A stretch of 20,000 bases of DNA from an uncultured virus (IMG/VR IMGVR_UViG_3300010150_000013). Lineage: Duplodnaviria; Heunggongvirae; Uroviricota; Caudoviricetes. Of this stretch, positions 6,283 to 13,236 are shown piece by piece. The notes beneath the pieces are model-generated. The model did not search any database. It was given only the letters and a program-made list of their open reading frames with translations, and was not told where the DNA came from. The stretch lies in IMG/VR virus record IMGVR_UViG_3300010150_000013, positions 54,476 to 74,475 of that record; one strand, written 5' to 3'. The translations under genes and the position numbers were made by a program. The stretch's first letter is position 1; each line of letters opens with the position of its first letter.

Positions 6283-8513
6283 TATACATATGACCAAGTA
6301 CCAGTGTAACTCCAGTTACTACCGTTTGAACTATAAGTCAACTTGTAACCAGTATTACTATTATAAAGTGTAGTTGAAGTACTAACACTAGCAGTAGCCC
6401 ATCTGTATGCTAAAATCCATCTACCAGCACTAAAACTAGAACTTGAACCTGCATATATGTTATTAATTATCAATTCAAAGTTTAGTCCACTTGCTTGACT
6501 TGCAGGAAGATATGCTTCAATTAAATCAATATACTGCGCATCTGGTGAACTTGTGTTTGGTGCAGGTGAGCTAATAACAAGTTGTCTTGTATTTGCTGAT
6601 GCAACAACATTTTGTACAAACTCAGTAGTAGCAATAAACGTTGAACTGTCTGCGTTTGCTCTAGTTATACTATGCGTTGCATTGTCTGCACTGTTTGCGT
6701 TTGCTGCTTGTGTTGCATTAACTGCTGATGTTGCTGTACTTGCTGTTGTAGCCGTTGCAGCATTACCATTTAAGTCTGCTTGAATAACATTTGCACTAAA
6801 GTCTCCATTAGCATCTCTTGCTACAACTTTATTTGCTGTAGGCAAGTTAGTTGCATCAACATCAAATGTTGTGTTTGTAATACCGTCATAAACTAAACCA
6901 GTTAAGTAGTTGCCTGGTGTTAGGTTTGAAAATGCTATTGTATCCCATACAGGTTGTCCAGCACCAGTTGACTTTAAAAACTTGCCTGCTGTACCCGATG
7001 GTATATGTGCTGTTGAACCAGAAGCAGTTTGGTAAGGTATAGTTCCACCTGCACCGCCTGCAATGTTAGTTGCTGTTGTTGCTGATGTTGCATTACCTGT
7101 AACTGCACCTGTTAAGTCACCGTAAAATTTTTCTGAATATGTATCTTTATATCTTAACGCACTTGAACCAAGGTCAAGTACTACATCTGTGTTCGGAAGC
7201 AGTCCTGCTTTTGCGCTAGGAGATCTTGTAGGTCCAAATAAATCAAGTTGATAATCTACACCTTCTGTTGCTGCTAAACTAATTTGATTTGCTGCTTTTA
7301 TTTCTGTAGAATTAATTGTTCCGTCAATAGTTAAGTTTGAACCAACTGTAATATTTCCAGCAACACCTAAAGATGTTAATGTTCCTAAACTTGTTAGTGC
7401 TGAACTAGTAACAGTATTATGTAAGTTTGTACCTGTTAGTGTGTTAGCATCTGCTGTAACTGTTATATCTGCTGTGCCGTCAAACCCAACTCCATTAATA
7501 TTTGCTGGTGTTGATAATCTTTGTGCTGCGGCTGCTGTTCCACTTAGTGTTGCACCAATAAAGTTTGCTGCTGTTACACTTCCTGTAAATGATCCTGTCT
7601 CTCCTGTAATGTTACCTGTAACATTACCAACTAAATCTGAAGTAATTTGATTTGCTACAAAGTTACCTGTAGTATCTCTTGATACAATTTTACCAATTTG
7701 ATTTAAATGTGTAGCATCAACTGACCATGTAGTAGGATTACCACCATCAAAATCTGTTCCTACTAAAAATTCTCCTGCAACTAAACTGTTAGGTGTTTGT
7801 GCTGTAATTGTAAGATTTTCTGAACCGTCAAATGCAACACCGTTAACTAATATAGGTGAATTAAGTCTTATTGCTTTATCTGCAACACCCTGTAATGTTC
7901 CCATTACTTTTGCCATTGCATTTAAATTAATACCTGTAATTAATTCTGAAAATCCGCTTACTTCATTACTTGGATCAATAGTAAATGCATTTGAAGATAC
8001 AATACCTATTGTAACACCATTTACTTTAAGTTCAATTACTGGATATGTTGATCCATTAGTTGCTAGTAACGTTGTTGTTACTGCTCTAGTTGGTAAGTAG
8101 CCGTCTGCTGTTTCAGGTCCAATTTTAATCCAGTTAGATCCATCATATACATGCAGTGAAGGATCAGCTGGTGCGTTTGCAGTTGTTTCATTCTTTAACC
8201 AAAATGTTCCAAGAGCTGGAGTTACTGGAGCAGTAGGACTTACATTTGCAGAACCAACTTCAACCCAATTCTCTCCATCATAAACTTTTAATATACTGTT
8301 TGTTGTATCAAACCAAACTTGCCCTGTAATAGGAGTTCCTGGTGCAGAAATATTTGCAAAGTTTTCTAATAAGAATAAAAAGTTTTCGTTTTGAATTTCA
8401 CCATAGCCAACATAATTTCTACCAACAAAAGATAAACTAGTGGTTGAGTCAACTGCTGCGTCTTGTAATACTACAAGTTGAGTTCCGTCAGTTTTGTTAA
8501 TTACATAAGCCAT
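6282..8513 (-). CDS. Tail fibre protein, 743 aa
   Basis: Shared N-terminal module (GRNYVGYGEIQNENFLFLLENFAN...GQVWFD). Two RL..P..(V/I)NGV.FDG...(L/I)T fibre repeats, RDTTGNF/RDANGDF repeats, Ala/Thr-rich stalk and an IATTEFVQ fibre motif. AGGAG SD. Confidence 0.8.
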   Translation of the reverse strand: MAYVINKTDGTQLVVLQDAAVDSTTSLSFVGRNYVGYGEIQNENFLFLLENFANISAPGTPITGQVWFDTTNSILKVYDGENWVEVGSANVSPTAPVTPALGTFWLKNETTANAPADPSLHVYDGSNWIKIGPETADGYLPTRAVTTTLLATNGSTYPVIELKVNGVTIGIVSSNAFTIDPSNEVSGFSELITGINLNAMAKVMGTLQGVADKAIRLNSPILVNGVAFDGSENLTITAQTPNSLVAGEFLVGTDFDGGNPTTWSVDATHLNQIGKIVSRDTTGNFVANQITSDLVGNVTGNITGETGSFTGSVTAANFIGATLSGTAAAAQRLSTPANINGVGFDGTADITVTADANTLTGTNLHNTVTSSALTSLGTLTSLGVAGNITVGSNLTIDGTINSTEIKAANQISLAATEGVDYQLDLFGPTRSPSAKAGLLPNTDVVLDLGSSALRYKDTYSEKFYGDLTGAVTGNATSATTATNIAGGAGGTIPYQTASGSTAHIPSGTAGKFLKSTGAGQPVWDTIAFSNLTPGNYLTGLVYDGITNTTFDVDATNLPTANKVVARDANGDFSANVIQADLNGNAATATTASTATSAVNATQAANANSADNATHSITRANADSSTFIATTEFVQNVVASANTRQLVISSPAPNTSSPDAQYIDLIEAYLPASQASGLNFELIINNIYAGSSSSFSAGRWILAYRWATASVSTSTTLYNSNTGYKLTYSSNGSNWSYTGTWSYV

Positions 8514-8534
8514 TTATACGCTCCTATTTTCATC

Positions 8535-10403
8535 TTATGGTAATACCTCATCTGAAACGTGTGTCCAGTTACCTGACAACAACTGGAATACTTTAATAAT
8601 TCTAGATGTTGTAATACCAGCTGCTGGTATAGATGCAATGGCTCCGTTTACTGCTGTAACAGCAGGTGCTGTTCCTGAAGGTGTATTAAATGTGTCTGTT
8701 GAAATACTAATTTCAGGTGCTAAATTAAAGTTAACTGTTGAGTTACTTAATAGTGTAACAAGAATTCTTGCAAAAGTACCGGATCTGTATTCAGCCGGTG
8801 GAGCCAACTTGGCTAAAATCTCTGATGCAATATAACTGTTTGGTTTACCATCTGATAAGTCCATGCTAAATGCTAATGATCTAGTTTGTGCAATATCATC
8901 AACGTATTCTTTTGTTGCAGCATCTTGTGCTGTTGTAGGATCAGCAAGTCCTGTAATTTTTGGACTACCTATTAATGCAATGTTACCTGAACCGTGTGCT
9001 TCTAATTGAATATCATCATTGTTATCAAGCGTTGAAATCTTTTGATTCTCAAGTCTTAATTGTGCTACTGGAGGTAATCCAGGACCAATGTTAACAACGT
9101 TCTGAGCACCAAAGGCTGTAACACCTGGAATACTTGTAATACCTGTACCTAACGAAGTTCCACTTAGTACTGTTACTCCGTTAATCTTAAATTCTTTACC
9201 TGTTGCTAGGTTAATGTGTTCTGAACTTGTAAACGCTTGTGAAGCCAGTGCAGGATATTCTGCTGTTGCGCCTAAGCCGTCTTTACTATATAAAATTGCT
9301 TTGTCAGTAGTACCTTTAATTACTAGTCCACCGCCATCTGCAATTTCATCTGAGTTAGATCCACTGTCGCCTGTTTGTGCAAGAACAATGTATTTGTCCT
9401 CAACAACTAATTCTGTTTGTCTAATTGTAGCAAGGTCACCGTCATTAATAACAAGGTTACCTCTAATAGTAAGGTCGCCTGCTAGTTCCATGCTACCACC
9501 AGTCTTAACTATACTATCTGGTGCGCCTTCATATAAATCAATTTGTCTTATATCAGGACTAATCTTAACTGCAATCTCCTGCGAGATACCTTTTCTAACA
9601 TCTAAGATTAAAAGTTTATCTTCAGCAGCGTTTGATAATTTAACGTTACCGTTATCAACTGACAAGTTAGCCTGCGAAGCAGAACCAACAACAAGTCCTA
9701 GATCACTTTCAATTCTAAGTGTGTTTGTTAAAGAGTTAGCAGTATCTTTTCTAACGTAGTTTGTAGAATCAATGTTTGCTAGTTTTTCTGAGTTTGTACA
9801 AGTTACATCAAACTTGATGCCTGACAATGTACCTTGGTTAAATCCTGGTCCAATGTCTCCACTAAATCCTTCAATAGCATTTTTAGGTGTAAATGAATCT
9901 TTAGCAAATATACCTAACAAGATACCGTTGTTGTAAAGTGATGTAATAACACGAGTTTGGTTTAGTGTATCAAGTATGCTTGAAACAATAAGTCCACTAG
10001 TTCCTTGTGCGTCTGAATACGCAGGACCTAGCAATATAGTGCTAGTACCATCAAAGAAATATAACTGTTTAGCAGTATCATTAAACCAAAGGTCACCAAC
10101 ACCAAGTGTTGTTGGTTGTGAGTTAGCAATTGTTGCAGAACTTACTGGAACAAATGCTGTACCACTGTATACTTTAAGTTTTGATTCTGTACTGTCAAAC
10201 CAAATCTGTCCTTTAATAGGCGCCGTAGGCGCAGTCACGTTAGCAAAATTTTCTAGTATCTTAATAAAGTTTTCATTAAGTACTTCACCAAATCCGCTAA
10301 AGTTTTTACCAATTAGTGTAATGTCAGTAGAGATATTATCAATTTGACCATCGGCTACTGTTGAAACTATTGTACCATCTGTTTTATTAATCTGATATGC
10401 CAT
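8535..10403 (-). CDS. Tail fibre/baseplate appendage protein, 622 aa
   Basis: Shared N-terminal module (GKNFSGFGEVLNENFIKILENFAN...GQIWFD). VEDKYIVL...ADGGGLVIKG segment and an ITGLADPTTAQDAATKEYVD trimeric-fibre neck motif. Confidence 0.8.
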   Translation of the reverse strand: MAYQINKTDGTIVSTVADGQIDNISTDITLIGKNFSGFGEVLNENFIKILENFANVTAPTAPIKGQIWFDSTESKLKVYSGTAFVPVSSATIANSQPTTLGVGDLWFNDTAKQLYFFDGTSTILLGPAYSDAQGTSGLIVSSILDTLNQTRVITSLYNNGILLGIFAKDSFTPKNAIEGFSGDIGPGFNQGTLSGIKFDVTCTNSEKLANIDSTNYVRKDTANSLTNTLRIESDLGLVVGSASQANLSVDNGNVKLSNAAEDKLLILDVRKGISQEIAVKISPDIRQIDLYEGAPDSIVKTGGSMELAGDLTIRGNLVINDGDLATIRQTELVVEDKYIVLAQTGDSGSNSDEIADGGGLVIKGTTDKAILYSKDGLGATAEYPALASQAFTSSEHINLATGKEFKINGVTVLSGTSLGTGITSIPGVTAFGAQNVVNIGPGLPPVAQLRLENQKISTLDNNDDIQLEAHGSGNIALIGSPKITGLADPTTAQDAATKEYVDDIAQTRSLAFSMDLSDGKPNSYIASEILAKLAPPAEYRSGTFARILVTLLSNSTVNFNLAPEISISTDTFNTPSGTAPAVTAVNGAIASIPAAGITTSRIIKVFQLLSGNWTHVSDEVLP

Positions 10404-10416
10404 TTAATATCTCATC

Positions 10417-12558
10417 CTACGTTGTTGTAAACGCTGGTGGACCCGAACGTATAATATAGTTAATTGTCAAGAACGGATTCATAATACCAACTAATGACCC
10501 TAACGTAAAGTCTGTACTTGGTTTCTTAATACCGCCCGATTGTTGTAAGTACTGTGCTTGTCCTGGAGCAGTAGGTCCTAAACCTGTTGTACCTGGACTG
10601 TTAATAGCACTATCAACTCTAACAGCCGAATACTGTATTCCATTTGCTGTCATATCGTGTTCGTGGTCTGGTAGGTTACCTAATGTTAACGCTACCGCAC
10701 TTGCGCCTGCTGCACCTGCAAGTGTTTGAGCTTCTGTACCTTCAACTCTTGCTGGCGATGGTTCACCTCCGCCGTTATCAACAAATCCACCAACTGCATT
10801 TGGTACGTTGATATTGTTGTCCATGTTGTGCCTACCTAGTGCAAATCTACCACGTAAATCTGGTAATCTAAATGTGCCAACACCATTAAGTGCTGCTGAA
10901 CCGTTATATGTTGTTCCTATAATGTCAAATAATTCTGGAAACTTAGATCTTTCAACTTCACCACCATCACAGAATAAAAATCCTGTTGGTGGATTTGTAC
11001 CTGCATATGGAAGAATACCTCCCAACGGAATTCCTAAGTCACCTACAAATGTATCACGTGTTTCTTTAAGAAGTCCTGTTGCTCCGCCTGATTCAGCTGA
11101 AGCTCTATATACTAGTACAAAGTCGTTTTTGTCTGATTGGTTTGGTGCAGGTTCATCTCTATCTTTAACAATGTTAGCAGTCAATGTAGTAGCAAATGTC
11201 TTAGTTGCACTACCTACTTGTCCGTCAAACTGTATTGCGGGTGAAACAACGTCACCTGTTAGTGCAAAACTTGTAACATTTTTTAAGTTAGTTGCAGTAT
11301 TTGCATTACCTGTAATGTTACCGTTAATTGTACCAACAATTTCATCTGCTTGAATTGATTTAGCATAAACTGTTTTCCAACGATTTGTTAGTTCACCTAA
11401 GTCATGTGTATCATTAACTTGAGGTTTTAAAGTTGAAGATGTAATTGTTCCTGTAACATTTGCTGCGCCACCAATTATAATGTTTTTAGAAAACGCTGCG
11501 CCACCTGCTGAAACAATACTACCTGTTGATAAGTTAGTTGTTTCAGATGTACTTGAAATCTTTAGTGCGCCAGTTAAGCCAATGTTACCATCAACATCAA
11601 GTGCTTCATCTGGTGCTGCAATATTAATACCAACTTTGTTATCAAGCACTCTAAGTACTGTAGTTGGAATACCGTTTCTGTTAACTTGTAAATCTACTGA
11701 ACTACCTGCTGATGAATTATAAAGTTTCGCAGCAGTCGCTGATGTTGTTACTTGGAAGTTTCCGTCAACACCAATTGTTAAACCTGCGTTGTTTCTTACA
11801 TTAAGTCCTTGGTCAGTTGTGTTAACAATATCACTTCTTAAAAACTTACCTGCTGATACTTCAACTCCACCAACGTTAAGTGCATCTGCATTTTTAGCAG
11901 TACCAATAAGTTTAGGTAGTTCGCCTCCTAAAAATATAGAAGCAAATTCTGTTTTCTCAGTATCGTTTGCTGGCGTTGCAACATTAAGTCCTGCTTTGAC
12001 TGTTGCAAATCCTTTAATATTAACTTTAGGTGTAAATGTGTCTTTGGAAACAATTGCAACCGGTTGGTCTGCAATATATAAAATTAAAATACTTTTTGTT
12101 TGGTTGTCTGAGTCAGCAATGTTTTCTACTGCTGGTCCATAACGTAAACCGTCAATTGAACTTTCTGCTGGTCCAACTAGTAACCATCTTGTACCTGTGT
12201 AAATTCTTAACTGTTGGTTTGTAGTATCAACCCAAAGTTCACCAACTTTAGAATTTTCAACACTAGGTTCTGTAACACTCTTTTGAATGTTTGATGCTGC
12301 TTTCCATGCTGTGTTGTCAAACAACTGTAGCACACCATTTTGTGTGTCATACCAAAGTTGTCCTTCAACTGGATTTACAGGTGCATTTGCACTTGCAAAG
12401 TTTTCTAATACAGATAAAAAGTTTTCAGCAATAATTTGTCCGTATCCAGTAACGTTACGTCCTGGAAATGTTAAACTTGTATCTTGGCTTGATGTATTAT
12501 CAAAGACTGTGATCGGAGTTTTGTTTTCGCTATCTGTAAAATTTACAATATATGGCAT
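10417..12558 (-). CDS. Tail fibre protein with C-terminal phage tail-collar domain (short-tail-fibre-like), 713 aa
   Basis: Shared N-terminal module (GRNVTGYGQIIAENFLSVLENFAS...GQLWYD). Collar motif PLGGILPYAG..PPTGFLFCDG...FPELFDIIG...FRLPDLRGRF (about 10840-11035), HxH motif (LPDHEH) and terminal PFLTINYII. GGAGG SD. Confidence 0.85.
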   Translation of the reverse strand: MPYIVNFTDSENKTPITVFDNTSSQDTSLTFPGRNVTGYGQIIAENFLSVLENFASANAPVNPVEGQLWYDTQNGVLQLFDNTAWKAASNIQKSVTEPSVENSKVGELWVDTTNQQLRIYTGTRWLLVGPAESSIDGLRYGPAVENIADSDNQTKSILILYIADQPVAIVSKDTFTPKVNIKGFATVKAGLNVATPANDTEKTEFASIFLGGELPKLIGTAKNADALNVGGVEVSAGKFLRSDIVNTTDQGLNVRNNAGLTIGVDGNFQVTTSATAAKLYNSSAGSSVDLQVNRNGIPTTVLRVLDNKVGINIAAPDEALDVDGNIGLTGALKISSTSETTNLSTGSIVSAGGAAFSKNIIIGGAANVTGTITSSTLKPQVNDTHDLGELTNRWKTVYAKSIQADEIVGTINGNITGNANTATNLKNVTSFALTGDVVSPAIQFDGQVGSATKTFATTLTANIVKDRDEPAPNQSDKNDFVLVYRASAESGGATGLLKETRDTFVGDLGIPLGGILPYAGTNPPTGFLFCDGGEVERSKFPELFDIIGTTYNGSAALNGVGTFRLPDLRGRFALGRHNMDNNINVPNAVGGFVDNGGGEPSPARVEGTEAQTLAGAAGASAVALTLGNLPDHEHDMTANGIQYSAVRVDSAINSPGTTGLGPTAPGQAQYLQQSGGIKKPSTDFTLGSLVGIMNPFLTINYIIRSGPPAFTTT

Positions 12559-12561
12559 TTA

Positions 12562-13224
12562 TTAAACCTCCGTAAAGCCTGTTAAACTCTGTACTCTGAT
12601 TGTATAATCAACTTGCAAGAGTCTGTTCAAAGACTTTTGTACAGGGTGGAAAACCACGTGTGTTAAAAGTTTGCCTGTTCCGTTAGGATTATACCATTTA
12701 AGTCCAAGCTCGTCGAAAACAAAGTTACTGTCCATATTAACACTATTATCAAATGCTTGTTGATCATCTGGCTCACCATAATCAAGTGTACATGTAATTA
12801 CAATGTCACTGTATGTTGCTCCACTAATATGTCTAACTTCCATTTTGTTACGCACTGGATCAGCGTTTGCAATAGAGCTTTGATCAATAACTTTAGTGTA
12901 TGTTTGATTGTAAAGACTGGAGTTTGACCCAACTGTGTTAGGTGTCAAATATGTAATTAATCCTGTAGGGTCAACTGTGGTACCACCGCTACCAAACGCC
13001 ATTTCGTAGACTGTACCTTCCCCTTGATTTGAAAGACTGTTAACTATTGCAACACTCATATTTTCATAGTGTATTGCATTGCGTTTATCCTGATAAACTT
13101 CTCCAGTTTCAGGATCAAAAATCTTAATATGCCCTTCAAAATGGAACCCGCCGGTTTCATTCAATCCAGGTGCTTTTGGCGTTTTGTTTTCTTTGTTTGA
13201 CATATTTTTATCTTCCAGTTTCAT
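12562..13224 (-). CDS. Putative baseplate/fibre-attachment structural protein (~213-220 aa)
   Basis: Start at ATG 13224 or ATG 13203, rather than 13263, which lies inside the upstream gene. The pattern MAFGSGG...SLYN...ITCTLDYGEP...FVFDELGL...LLTHVVFHPVQKS resembles the baseplate-binding N-terminal domain of P2 gpH-type fibres. Confidence 0.7.
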   Translation of the reverse strand: MKLEDKNMSNKENKTPKAPGLNETGGFHFEGHIKIFDPETGEVYQDKRNAIHYENMSVAIVNSLSNQGEGTVYEMAFGSGGTTVDPTGLITYLTPNTVGSNSSLYNQTYTKVIDQSSIANADPVRNKMEVRHISGATYSDIVITCTLDYGEPDDQQAFDNSVNMDSNFVFDELGLKWYNPNGTGKLLTHVVFHPVQKSLNRLLQVDYTIRVQSLTGFTEV

Positions 13225-13228
13225 AGTG

Positions 13229-13236
13229 TATTTATT
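13229..13236 (-). promoter_or_regulatory. T4-type late promoter-like element (AATAAATA) overlapping the stop codon of the giant gene
   Basis: 7/8 match to TATAAATA; 4 nt upstream of ATG 13224 and 25 nt upstream of ATG 13203. Confidence 0.5.

Noticed and set aside
3547..12558. Diversity-generating retroelement or invertase/shufflon acting on the fibre tips
   Set aside because: I saw no reverse transcriptase, recombinase, ~100-bp template/variable repeat pair or inverted cassettes in this window. An element located elsewhere in the genome cannot be excluded.
8511..12563. TAAATG at the starts of three consecutive fibre genes (8513, 10403, 12558) as promoter or poxvirus-like late elements
   Set aside because: Each has a normal SD-like sequence upstream, and A/T-rich spacers before ATG are expected in this genome. 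Bacterial SDs and overlapping stop/start codons argue against a eukaryotic virus.
319..13234. Stop-codon reassignment, as seen in some large phages
   Set aside because: TAA, TAG (1169, 2645, 10417) and TGA (319, 5788) all end genes at sensible boundaries, and coding density is near complete with the standard code.
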